Positions 12,083 to 24,640 of a DNA stretch of 64,000 nt are shown here, piece after piece (position 1 is the stretch's first letter; the number at the start of each line of letters is the position of its first letter). The notes under the pieces were generated by a model, which was not told the DNA's origin, ran no database searches, and was given only the letters and a program-made list of their open reading frames with translations. Source of the stretch: Psammoneis japonica (taxonomy: Eukaryota). A program made the position numbers and the translations under genes. The stretch spans positions 186,001 through 250,000 of the forward strand of contig QPGO01000041.1 of the NCBI GenBank assembly GCA_008632985.1, in the 5' to 3' direction.

Positions 12083-14077
12083 ATGGCGCCGACGTCGCCA
12101 TCACAACGGGCGGTCGTTCGACGCACGTCGTATGTTCAATCCTATCTTGTCATTGCATTGGGTACATGTAGTCTCTTGACGGTTCTTGTCAATTTTCTAC
12201 ACGGATCTCACGTGGCTTTTTTGCACGAGCAAGAACATAAGGATAGTGTCTTTTTTCAGCGCATCGTTCCAGCAACTAGCAAACACGAGTTGGCGGGTTT
12301 AAAGTGTGATGCCTACGGTGGTCCTTCGGAAGAACTGGCACAAGAAATGGTATATTGGTCCGATATTCAAGAAGATGCTTCGTATACGAGTCCGTTTTTT
12401 GATAAGGACACGCCGCGGTACATGACGTTTGAACCGGATGGGGGTGGTTGGAATAACATTCGCATGTCCATGGAAACCGTACTGGCCATGGCTCGTGAGT
12501 ACTTTTTTTGCGAATGTTCTGTGACGTTATGGTATGCTGTGTCTGTTCTTATATTGTCAATCTCTCTGTTCTTTTCTGTGTTTAGATGCCATGGGACGAA
12601 CACTTGTGCTGCCGCCCGAGCAGAGCATGTACCTGTTGGGAAAGGTAAGTATGATCAACTTTAAACTATTCGAGTCTTTTTTGTCTCTCGCATCACATTT
12701 ATCATGTATTTCTCTGGTTCTTTGTTAAAATATAGGGTAAAGCCAAGGTAGGTATTGACGTTCTGGATGCTGTTGTCTGTTGTTGGTTTCTTCGTCTCTA
12801 TCTTTTCTTCTTACATCTCTCTTACCACCCACCTGATTTGTTGACTCTCTCTCGTCATTATATAGAATGGCAAGGAACAACGCCGAGAGTTTTCGTTTTC
12901 CGACTTTTTCCACATGGACTCGATTTCCCGAGAACACGAGGGCCTGGAAATTATTTCGACAAAAGAATTCTTGGAACGCGAGGCTCTGACGGGACACTTG
13001 GTGGACCGTACCACGGGCAAGGTTTCCTTTCCACCCGACAATCGAACCGATTGGAACGGTGACAAGCAAGTGATTGAACACATGTTTTCTCCGTGGTTGC
13101 GGAGTGTGGCCTACCAAGGCATGAAGGATTGGAATCCAAACGAGTGTATCGCGGCCTTTCCGGCATCGAAGGATGCCAAAGATATCGATGCTTTGAATCG
13201 TATCGTCAAGAAAATATCTGAAAACAAGTGGCCCAAGTGGGAACAATACGTGGGCAAACCAACACCGGTCGATGCCTCACCGGAAGAACGCCTCAAGGAG
13301 AACTCTGCAGACCGCCACAAGCTGTGCATTTACAATCAAGAAATGCAAGAGGACTTGTTGGTGCATTTTTCGGGAAAGCAAAAACTGGGTGGTCGCTTGT
13401 TGGTGCACTTTTATGCCTTTTTGTTTTTTGAAGATTGGAAACAAGACTTGTGGATGAAGCGGTTTGTGCGGGATCATGTCCGCTACGTTGATGAGTTGCA
13501 GTGTGCGGCGGCTCGTGTTGTGCATGCCGTGCGACAACGTGCGATACAAGTGGGAAATGCCAATGGAGAGTTTGATTCGTTTCATGTACGTCGTGGGGAT
13601 TTTCAATACAAGGAAACGAGAATTTCTGCCGAAGAATTGTATGAACGGTCCAAGGATGAAATACCCGACGGAACCACTGTTTACATTGCAACAGATGAGC
13701 GCGACAAGAGCTTTTTCAAGCCGCTTGCGGAGCATTACCACTTGGTATTTCTGGACGACTTTAAGCACTTGTTTGAGGATCTCAATACAAACTACTATGG
13801 AATGCTGGATCAATTGATTGCCTCTCGTGGTCGTGTCTATTTTGGTTGCTGGTTTTCAACGTTTTCGTCGTACATTAATCGAATGAGGGGCTATCATGCC
13901 GACAAGCTCAAGTTACCGGGGTATGAACAGGGACTCGTTGAGAGCTACTACTATGCTCGACCGGACGATAAGTACAGAATGCGGGAGTTTTACCCCGTCA
14001 AGAAGACATTTCATTCAAGAGAATACCCTGCAAGCTGGAGAGGTATTGACAAGGGAATAGGGTTGCTACAAAACTAA
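12083..14077 (+). CDS. GDP-fucose protein O-fucosyltransferase family protein; exons 12083-12494, 12586-12644, (12736-12747), 12866-14077
   Basis: N-terminal signal anchor, GGWNNIRMSME, GRTLVLPP, FHVRRGDF, VYIATDE and STFSSYINRMRG motifs; canonical splice sites keep the frame. Confidence 0.9.
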
Positions 14078-14519
14078 GTTGAAACGCTGGCTTAGCTTGA
14101 ACACCAGTATAATCCGTTAAAATGACGACGCGAAACATTGATTACGTCGTAGAGAAGCGTTGGCACCGGCAGTGAAAGGAAAAGGCAAGAGCGCCAGGCA
14201 GGGAGACTGGGCCACATTGTTGCATGCTAGTTATCATGAAGTATTTCTATTCATTGCTACCGACGTCGAAGACATGTTTGTAAAATCGCCAACTACAACA
14301 TCAACAACTCATTACTTCTTCTAGGTTGAGCCTCGTCCCCCCTCTGAACGACGACGACTTGAATCAACATAATCTATGGAAGATACGGTACCCTCTACTC
14401 TAGTAGAGTAGTAGAGTGCTCAAAAGCAGTCGAACGATTCCATCCAGCGATCGAGTTTCGAGTTCCAAAATTTCTGTCGTCGTCGGCCGTCGCTACGACG
14501 ATGGTGCGATGCTCCTGAC

Positions 14520-15311
14520 ATGAATCATCCCTGCGACGTCTCATCGTCTTTTCTTGACTGTAAGAAGGGGCTGCAATGTAACAACTATGAGTGTGAATTC
14601 CGGCACTTGGATGACGTTGAAAAGCAACGTTATAACAGCGGATCAACAACAACTTTTCGGTATCCGACCAAGCCGAATCTCATCATTACAGCAAGTCGTG
14701 ACATGGGACGTACAGCATCTACATGGGTATTCAATGCTGTACGCTTATTGTATCGTCAGGCCCAAGAGGCGTGTGACTCGTATTGGATCCGTGAATTGTC
14801 CAAGGAAAAACTTGAAAGACGACTCTGCAGTGGCACGCACGTGCTGGTGAAAACACACGAATATGATGCTCTTCTTTCGGAAGAAACATTTCATCGAGAA
14901 GTGGCTCCCATGTTGACTCACGTGATTGTGAGCGTCCGAAATGGATTTCCTGTAGACCCGGCATGGATGAAGGTGGCAACGCATGTGACGCATTTTGAAG
15001 ACATTGTGGCCAACACCGACGACACGGAAAATAGCAACACGACAATGGGAGCTCTATCCGTACTACGTGGACTGGCGGATCACTTGGGGATTTCTGAGAC
15101 CTTGTCGGATGATGACATTCGGCTCGTGGATTATGAGCTCATGACATTACCGATACCAGGCGACCAAAGCACAAAGTTTTGGTCGTTTCACTCCAGAAGA
15201 GGTGGACGTCCCCAACCCGAGAAACGCCCTGCGTTCATCAAGGAGCCTTCTCGGCAGATGATTAATGAGCGGTCTAAGGCACGAAGGAGTGTGAAATATT
15301 GCTCTTTCTAA
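14520..15311 (+). CDS. CCCH zinc finger plus sulfotransferase-like P-loop protein
   Basis: 263-aa ORF with C-x5-C-x4-C-x3-H (CKKGLQCNNYECEFRH) and GRTASTWVFN resembling a 5'-PAPS-binding loop. Confidence 0.6.
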   Translation: MNHPCDVSSSFLDCKKGLQCNNYECEFRHLDDVEKQRYNSGSTTTFRYPTKPNLIITASRDMGRTASTWVFNAVRLLYRQAQEACDSYWIRELSKEKLERRLCSGTHVLVKTHEYDALLSEETFHREVAPMLTHVIVSVRNGFPVDPAWMKVATHVTHFEDIVANTDDTENSNTTMGALSVLRGLADHLGISETLSDDDIRLVDYELMTLPIPGDQSTKFWSFHSRRGGRPQPEKRPAFIKEPSRQMINERSKARRSVKYCSF

Positions 15312-15564
15312 TGTGTGTTGTGTGGCACTGTGCTGCGAACTCAACATGCAAGGCGATAATCTCGAGCCGGAGAAGGAACATGGGGCTGTAAGTGAAGTGA
15401 AAGGCATGTTAAAATGAACAGCATTCTGATCCCGTTAAGAAATACGACGCTGGATGTGGTACCGTACTGAAACTTCTACACCGGCAGTGCGGAAAGGAGA
15501 GAAGTCAACGAGCGTTGGGTAGTAGACTGGGTCACGTTGTTCGAATTTGTTCATGCCGGTGATC

Positions 15565-17772
15565 TCAGGTCGCGGTTTTGGCTTGTGGTACTGTCGGTTC
15601 GTACACTTCATCCATCATGCCAATGCCTTTATCGATTCCTCTCCAACCAGATGGGTACTCTCTCGAATGAAAGGTTAATTTGACAGGATAAAACTCTCGC
15701 ATTTTGTACTTATCCTCTTTTCGTGCATAGTAGTAACTCTCCACCAGTCCGTCCTCATAACCCGGCAAGTGCTCCTTGTCTGCGTGATAGCCTCTCATTC
15801 TGAATATGGTGACGGGAAACAAAAGAAAGATTTGCGGTGAGTCATGACCGTAATGAACCACGAAAACGAAAAAGATCAATGAGTGAGCTCACCTGTTGAT
15901 GTAAGACGAGAAAGTGGAAAACCAGCAACCAAAGAAGACTTTACTTCTCGACGCGACGAGCTGATCAAGCATGCCATAGTAGTTCGTATTGACGTCTTCG
16001 ATGAGGGGTTTGAAATCATCCAGAAAAAGCAAATCGTAGTGGTCGGCCAACGGTTTGAAGAACGATTTGTCCTTCTCATCCGTGGCAATGTAGACCGTGC
16101 CACCACTCGTCAACTCCTTCTTGCTCACATTATAAATCACATCCGCGTCAAATCGAGTATCACGGTATTGAAAGTCTCCACATCGAATATGAAACGCATT
16201 GTATTCTCCATTGAACGTGCTGTTGCGGTTCTCAACGTGTTTTCGAATAGCGTGAACAATGCGAGCGGCAGCGCACTGAATCTCGTCCACATAACGGACA
16301 TGATCTCGCACAAAACGCTTCATCCACAAATCCTGTTTCCAATCTTCAAAAAACAAGAATGCATAAAAGTGCACCAACAATCGTGCTCCCTCAATACTAT
16401 GGTCCATGGGAAAGTGCACAAGAGTTGCATCCTGAAAGGACGTGTCGTAGATGCAAAGCTTCTTGCGTGTCGCCCAGTTCTCTCGCATGCGAACCTTGGG
16501 CGCAGCGTCTACCGGATTCGGCTTGCCAATGTATTCTTCAAACGTCCAAATCCTTTCTTAGAGTCATGAATTTCTTTAAAGTACTGTTGCAATCGATCCA
16601 CACCCGCTTGTCCGTGGTGGAAGCAAATGCCGCCATGCACTGTTCGGGACTCCAAATCGTATTCTTGTCGGCAACGGTTCGAAGCCACTTGTCCAATTCA
16701 TTGGTAATGACCGCCTTTCTTTGGCCGTCCCAATTGGTTCGATTGTGGGGTGGAAAGGAAACTTGACCCGTTTCGCGATTGACCAATTGACCCGTCATGG
16801 CGACGCGTTCCAAAATTCCGTCATTGTAATTATATTCAAACCCTCCCGGTGCTCGTTGGCAATCGATTCCAAATGAAAAAAGTCTCGAAAGGAAAAGTCG
16901 CGCTTGTGCTTACTCTCGCCCTATATAATATTCAATTTTTGAAATATAGAGAGTGAGAAAGGAATTGAAAAAGAGAATCATTTTCATACTCCCCACCTAC
17001 CGATTTTAGCAGGTAGGAAGCTGCCCTTTCTTTCAAGCTACCACTTACCTTGTCTAGAAGATAGTACTTTTGATCGGGAGGCAAGACGAGTGTCCTCCCC
17101 ATGGCATATGCCATTGCCAATACAGTTTCCATGGACATGCGAATGTTGTTCCAGCCTCCCTTGTCTATAAAATAAATATGGTAAAGAGCAGAATTAGGAC
17201 GAGCATTTTAAGAAACAAAAAATCATCTTCTGAAATAACAAAACACCACGTACCTGGTTCGAACGTCATGTACTGAACTCGGTCTTTCTTTTTGAATGGA
17301 CTGACATAGGTATTATCCGATGGTATATCTTGCCAGTACACCATTTCTTGGGCAATTTCTTGTGCTGGACCGCCGTAAGCATCGCAATTCAAACCTGAAA
17401 GCTTATGCTCTGCTTTTGATTATCATGTTATTTTCGGAGACTGCTGCTTCAACCTTGCTTTTTTCCTTTGCTTGTATTTTTTCTCGATTCATCGTCCTTC
17501 TTGATAGATTCCTTTACGTTGCCCTTCTTTGGTTCCCTTGTTAGTTGATCCTTGGGCTCTTGTCGCGGTTTTTTTTGTTTTGCAATTTTCCAATCATCCT
17601 GGAGCAAGTGAGGAGGTGCCGCACCGCGAATGGTGGGTGCTGTACTTGTATGCCATACATTAAAGGTCACAGAAATAAAGGTAAAGATGGATAGCACCAA
17701 GATACCATAGAATATTAAACTACCACAGCCTGACTTTTTCTTGTTGTTGTTGGACGACGACGACGACGCCAT
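15565..17772 (-). CDS. Second O-fucosyltransferase paralog; three introns and several apparent 1-bp frameshifts (pseudogene or consensus errors)
   Basis: Near-identical blocks to 12083-14077 (CDAYGGP, LLVHFYAFLFFEDWKQDLWMKRFVRDHVRY). Frame breaks near 17430, 16813 and 16550-16610. HVRRGD reads HIRCGD. Confidence 0.8.
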
Positions 17773-18078
17773 GGTGGTGGCATTGGAAAAAAAAAGCTGA
17801 AAAATGCCAGATTGATGGTCCGGCCGTCCTCGGGTCGGATTTTTGGCGACGAGCTCGCTCCTCGAGCTCTCCTCGGCGTTTCGGGATTTCGAAATTTTTA
17901 ATACAAATATTCAGATTTTTATACCACATTGAAATATCAAATGACCATGTTTTACGACGACCACACAACATGACCAACCCTGGAACACAGCCCAAAACAC
18001 TGACAACAACAACAACAACAACAACACAAACACAAACGCTGTCAGTCAGATATTAGAGAGCCAGACTGCAATACTACG

Positions 18079-19147
18079 ATGCGTATGGTCTGCTGTGCCA
18101 AGCTGGTAGTGTTCTTTGTTGCCTTTGTCTCTTTTTTGGTTGCTCTTTTTTCCGTGACTTCTACGTCGAGCACCAACATTAGCAATGAAATTGGTCTTGC
18201 CATGACTCTACCCGTATCTGTAAACAACAGGTCCCTGGGATACAATTGCACCGTCATTGTCGAAAAACTAAAGCAGTTGCAACATCCTTGGGAAATCAAT
18301 GAGCTACGGCGCGCTGTCGCCATGGAACACGCAACTTGTTTGGAAAACAACGAGGTCTTTTCCCTGTTTGCACAAGCCCCAGCGTCGCATCGGTATAAAG
18401 CAATACAATCTTCACATTCCCAAAACAGGAGGCACCTCGTTGTGTGGTCTTGCCAAAGCCAATGGGCTCAAAAGTCCAGGAAACAATTGTCATCCCAACA
18501 TGCTTGGTGCGTACTGGTGTTGCTTGCCCAAAACCGTATTAAAGCCAATGTCGTGTGAGCAGCTACAACAAAGTCCGTTTGGCTTTATCGGAAACGAACG
18601 ATGGCTCGATCATAACAATAATTCTCTCTTTTGCAAGGACATGGCCTACTCGATCACTGTACGAGAGCCCATTGCTCGGACCATGAGTCAAATGAACATG
18701 TACCTGGACAAGTTTGTGGCGAGGGATAAGAACAATGCACACGCAGCCATTCGTGCCAAACGAATAAGCCTGATTCAGTCCAACTACATGACTTGGAGTC
18801 TTGTGAGTGGCTTGTTATCAGAGGATCCCACTGCATTTTTGGTAGAGCCACAACACTTGGCGCTTGCCAAACAAATATTGAATCGTTTTGATTACGTCAT
18901 GGATATTGGTGGAGCCACGTCTCCTGAGTGTCTTGAAACCATCTTGGAATACATGGGAATGACCAATAACACTCTTTCACATTCGAGAAAATCTCCCTTC
19001 CGTGAATACACGGCATCCTATCATGAAGAACACTATCAAATGTTGAATGCGGTGGATACCGAACTGTATCGTTATGCTCAAGAGGTGATTCGAGTAGACT
19101 GCGATTTTTTCCAGCGCATCAAGGAATTAAAACTGGTGCAAGAATAA
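18079..19147 (+). CDS. Golgi-type sulfotransferase family protein (one apparent frameshift near 18380)
   Basis: Signal anchor in ORF 18079; HIPKTGGTS (5'-PSB) and VREPIARTMS (3'-PB) in the overlapping ORF 18299-19147. Confidence 0.75.
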
Positions 19148-19224
19148 AACGAAAATATAGGACATGGCACGGAGTTACTTTATAGCTATAGCAATTTGTC
19201 TTGTGCAAAGTATCTCCCTTATTT

Positions 19225-20210
19225 TCAAAGAACTTTAAAGCTCGACACTGTTTCTTCCAAGGCCGCTCCGTCGGGTCCGTTAAAATCTTGTTCCAACGCA
19301 CTCGCAAAGACAGCCATAAGATTCCCATCTGTCGATTCCAAACTAGCCTTGGCCAGAGTAATACGAAACAGCTGAGACACACCGTATTCCTCCAGGAGCA
19401 GTTCTGGTTTTTGCACCTCAATCTCCGTCTTGAGTGCAAATCTCAACACTTTTCCATCGGTCGATACGGAAACCGAATCGGGCAAGAGGACCGTTTTGCT
19501 TTGTGTGGGTTTGTCGCGTTCGCGGCGTAAATTTAAAAGAGTGGCAACCGCCTCGGGTTTTCCCAAACCAGGAAAGGTTGTCAAGTCACCCGTTGCCTCC
19601 ATGCCGTTCTCTTCCAACAAGACACGAGTTGGGAAACTATGCGATTATGGAGAACAATAAGCGTTGGGAAGGATGAGGAACAAAAGGGTTCATCAGGAGC
19701 ACAACTGCGATTTCCATCTAATATAACATACCGTTCCACGGCAACAATCTCAGCCTTGGCCATGTCACCCGCAGAAAAGATACTCGATCCACGTCGACCT
19801 TGTCCCGTCTTGGCGTCTGGCAAGTCACCCTTGGCCGATCGACGAAGCGTAAAGAACGTTTTGGGAACGCGAATGGAAAAGAATCCAACGGGATCGACAA
19901 AGTCCTTCATTGGGATTGTATTTGCTACAACAACATTATTATTTGTTTCGTCATCCGCAATGGCTCCACGAGCCAGGAGATTGGCACCCAGTGCCGCCGT
20001 GACTGCCGATTGTTTCCAAAACGTTCGGCGACTAACAGTAAAACCAACCTCTTTGTCATCCTGCTGTTGGTCTATAAAGTCGTTTTCTGCAAACAACTTT
20101 ACACAAGAAACGTGACACCTTGGATGCACATTTATTATCGGAGAAAAGGCTGACGAGGAGGCTGTGCTGGCAGCAAAAACGGCGAGGAGCCTAGTTATCG
20201 TTTTTTTCAT
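19225..20210 (-). CDS. Plastid thylakoid-lumen PsbP-domain-like protein; exons 20210-19732 and 19636-19225
   Basis: Signal peptide ending SSAFSP (ASAFAP-type), twin-Arg SRR plus hydrophobic stretch, F..P.GFFSIRVP start and C-terminal SFKVL typical of the PsbP fold; in-frame GT-AG intron. Confidence 0.75.
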
Positions 20211-23179
20211 GCTTGTTATTCGTCCTTTTTTTCTACAAGTCAAATCTCATTGAATTCGTGTCGTCGATGGATTGGGCTTCTTCTTCTTCTTCTTCGACAA
20301 GCTCCTCCTCCTGCTGCACCGTTGTTTGGTGTAGGCGTCGTCTTTTCTCACCAACTCGTCGGTTCCGTGTTATCATACAGTAACATCAAATCGTTGCGTT
20401 TGCTGACTGTTTCAAGGTTATGAGCCATGTGTCAAAGCAGCACAAAATGAAATTGGGCATGCCACCTTGAGCCAAAAGGAGACACTTGAGGCAGGAACAA
20501 CACTGACATGAACCACCAGAACAGCGCCATTTCAACATAAAGCAAAAGTGGCTGCAACAATTTCCTCCTGCCAATCCACGCCCATGTGCTCATGATTTTC
20601 CCAGATCACAAGGCACTGGCACCCACAGCACATGACTTCTTGCTCAAATCATCGTGGCATGGAGAGCCTTTCTGCTCCACTGCACTGCCATCCACAAAGT
20701 TCCCCAACTCTGTTGTTCATGCAGCGCATGCCTTCTTTGCCTTGGCAGCCAGTGGGGATGTGATTTTACACCCCAGGTGACAATCTGAGGAAGAGAAAAA
20801 GAGATGTCAAAAATGCCGCGAGTTGACAGGCCCCATCCACAAGGCACAAGAACAAATGGCAAAAATCAAACTTTCAACCATGCCGTTGCATGTAGAGCAC
20901 AGTCTCATTGATGTGTCTTGGCACTCTTTACTTTTTTGTCACAATGGGCACTGGTGTGAAAATGGGCAAGAGTTCATGGCAGCCACGGCATGGCGCCATT
21001 TTTCTCTGTGCACAATTTGTGGTTTAAGAGGGGGTCATTTGCCACTTTTTTAAGCTCAAATTTGGCCAAACAGCTGGTGATTTTCATGATTTTTTCCTGA
21101 ACTTCACTGTGCTTTGCCATGGTGAAAACATCTGGCCACAAGTCTGTGACAGAGTTGGCCCATCTGTCAACAGTCATTCTTTGTTTTCTTGTTGTGTTTG
21201 TTGTGCACATCAATGGTCGCGTGTGCATCAAATGTTTGAGGATGGATCACTGCATTTTGGAGAAATGTTGACATTGCCATCATCATTTTGTGCTCCAATC
21301 ACAGTGCCTGATGTTCTTGTTTTTGTGAATGATCAGGGGTGAATGCAAGTGATTTTTGCATTCTAAAATGAACACTGCAATGTCCTCTTGTTCAAATGCC
21401 ACAGCAACTCCAGGACAAATGCAAGGATGACCCCCCTCAAGACATGAAAAAACACATCTTTGTCATGGAGCCTGATTTTCTTGTGCAGGCTTGGCACTGA
21501 ATGCACAAGCTGGGTGCATGGAAAGATGCAGAGAACCTCTTGGCTCATCCAAAAGTTTGCTTCTTGCCTTCAACCAGGGTGCAAACACGTCAACCACTCC
21601 CCTTCACGCTGCTCCCTTGCATTGTGGCTGCCAACAAATTCCAGGGCTTTGCAACCAGCTGTTCTTGCTGAAGACCCTGTTGCTGCATCCACCTGGAGTG
21701 GAGCTGTGCTGTCAACTGCTGGCCATGGAAATCCACGTGCAATTTGTGCTTGCTCAGCAGCACTCTCTTGACAGTTGGAGCATGAGGCAATGCCACACAT
21801 GTGATGTTTTAGATGCTTTGGTCTTTTCACCAAAACCTGATGTGACTCAGGTCAGAGCTCAGAACTCAACACATTTGTGTGGGAGCACGCATTCTGCCAC
21901 ACCAGCAGCAGACAAAGCTTGCACAACATGCGCCTGTCTAACATCACTGTGCAGATCATGAAAACCAGCATTGTTTGAGGGTGGTGCAGGTTGCCACTTT
22001 TTCCAGCTCAAATTCAACCAAGTGGCTTGTCTTTTGCATTTTCCCCTGAATTTCACCATGCTTCCGTCTTCCAACTCTCGTTTGTTTTGTGTTCCTCATG
22101 CGCGCCAAAGTTCTCACACACGTGAAAAGTTTGAAGATGGCAAGCTGCATTTTGAGAAATGTTGATGATCATCATTGTTGTTGCACCTCAATTGCAGCAC
22201 ATGTGATGTGCTTGTTTTCATGCGAGATTGGCGACGGGGTGTGCTGAACACAACAAGAGCAATTTTTGTGCTCAAAAATGGGTGCCAACAAACGTGTGAC
22301 AAACAACATCATTCAATTGCGTCAGCAGTTTCAGGACAAATGCCTGAATGACCCTCCCAAGCTCTGAGCCCCCAACAGTGCCTCCAATTGCAAATGTGCA
22401 CGTGATTGACAAGAACCAGGCCATGCAACATGCTGTGTGACTGAAGGTTGCTGCACCAATGCAAAGCAGAGGTCATGGTCTGCGAGTGGTGGAGGTCATT
22501 CAATGTGTTGGAATGAAGATGACAGACAAGATTGAGGACTTTTTTGACGAGAGTGTTGGCGTGGTCACAGTTCTGACTGCTTTGGTGGCAGCTGGCTCTG
22601 TTCACACTCTCCTGCTAGAGTGGAGAGTGGCAGCTGCTCTAAAGGAAGTTGCATCATGCAGTGCATGCGCGCGTAGAAAACAAAGTGCTGTGCGGCTGCT
22701 GTGGGTGGGGACGCCGTAAAAATCACGCAGGTGCCATTTTTTTAGAAAAATCAACCTTGCTGCCCAAATGGACCATGTCGGTTGTCAACCACCTCACACA
22801 AAAAGTGTCATCATCTCGATTCATAAGACTCAACGTGCGGTCACAACGCGCAAGGCTGGGCTTCCAATTCCCGCCACAACGTCAGCTAAGTGACCACCAA
22901 GTCAACCTGCCATTTCTCACCAAATCGCACTCGCACCCTCAGGATCATTGTAAAAAGTTGTGCTTTTGATGCCATCATGTCCGCCGTGATCAAATTGGGC
23001 GGGGTGCACCAAAGTGCAACTTTTGGCGGCAGTTTGGATGTCTGCCAATGTCAACATCTCTCATTTGAACAACATGTCATCATCAAAATGGCAAGTTCAT
23101 GAGGCAGAACTGAGCCACCTGACAGCAATGAAGTCAAAAGATGGCCTGTCGGTGCTTGCTCAAGTTGGACATCTACTCA

Positions 23180-24640
23180 CTGCATTGCAAAAGGGACATT
23201 TTGGCAATGTCAGGAAGGGCACGTACAGGACTGCGGGATTTCCCGTGTTGGATCTACGAAGCACTCAGAAAATTGTTTTAGGATCCATTGTTTCAATCAT
23301 GGATGCACAGAAGATTGCAAAACGAATCATTGACAGGAGGAAGTTGCTGTCTCAAGAATGCCAAGATGCGCTACAATCGTGTGTGACATGGAGAACGGAT
23401 GGATAAAACTCTTCAGATTCAAACAAACAACAATGACAAGAAACGCAAGCGAACCCACTTTCATTCCAGAATTTCAACAAAGGTGAGACTCCGACAATGC
23501 AGGCATTCTCTGTGTGGAGTTGTGTTGAAAATTGAAATGAATGTCGCCTTTCATCACTGGTTTGCCTCACTTTTTTAAAGTTGTGTCCGACAGGCAAATG
23601 CCAGAAACTGATTTTGTCTCATCATGGTGCGGCTTTGTGATGCCAAAAGGCATGGTTGATTTTCTGCATTTCTCGCGGAGATGTGTTGCTTCTGCAATGA
23701 CACCAAAGCAACCCCTTCTTTTCTTTTTTTCTGCTGCAAGCACTTTGACAACAATTGCGTCATGACGCATGTCATTCAGATCATTGCCATGGCAAATGCA
23801 TTGCCATTGCACGGGACAAGAGTTTGCCATCAAGGTAAATCCAAACAAATGAACAAACCCTGTTGGCTGAGGATTCAACTGCACTCCAAGCTGAAGCCGC
23901 CATGTTGCAGAAATTGGATCATCCTTAAATTGTCAAGCTGCACAATGTGTCTTGCAGTTGAGCCAGAGTTCTTCATTTGGTCATTTTGGCGGTGACGCGT
24001 CTGGTTGTATCTGACATCCTTCATCAACCTTGGTTTGTAAAGCACATTCATTTGGAAAACCATTGCAACAGTGACTCTCACCCCTCCCCACGCGCTGATT
24101 ATGTGCCCACAGGTTTTGGAGATGCTGCACGCACATTGGAGACCGTTTTGATCAGATTGTGTCAAAGGGCAAGTGCTCTGAAGTCCAAAGATGCTGAGTC
24201 ATGAGACAATTGCTTGCTCAGTGTAATTTACCACCTTCAAGCCATTCACAGTGACTTCAAGCCAGAAAAGATTGTGATGATTGATCGTAACTCTGACATT
24301 GGCACCAAGCTGACAGACTGTGGAATGGCCACCGCAAGACCTTTTGTCAAACACCCGGAGTGTTGCGACACCGTCACATGGTTGCTGGACGAGTGAGATG
24401 CAAAGCGGATGCCGACATGTTTTTGTTGGGAGTCATTTGCTGCATCTTGCTGTGGGTGGCAGTCCTCCCTTTGCTGGTGATGCCGCAGGAGCCACCGAAC
24501 GACAAGTGACGTTTCTGCCAGATGTCTTTGCCAATGTCATCTGCAGGCAGCTAAACATTTGGCAGTTTGGTTGTTGCTGGCAGACCCAAAGGACTGATTG
24601 TCAGCACAAGAAGTGTGTCAGTGCCTTTGGATCTTGATTG
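23180..24640 (+). pseudogene. Degenerate Ser/Thr (CAMK-like) protein kinase
   Basis: Ordered motif relics KGHFGNV (Gly loop, about 23190), IHSDFKPE (24244), KLTDCGMA (24307), LGVICCIL..PPF (24426-24472); stops and frameshifts; TA-depleted. Confidence 0.75.

Noticed and set aside
14112..14221. Assignment of the repeat to an HDV, twister, pistol or hammerhead ribozyme, TPP riboswitch or snoRNA
   Set aside because: Superficial matches in one copy are not kept in the other; left unassigned.
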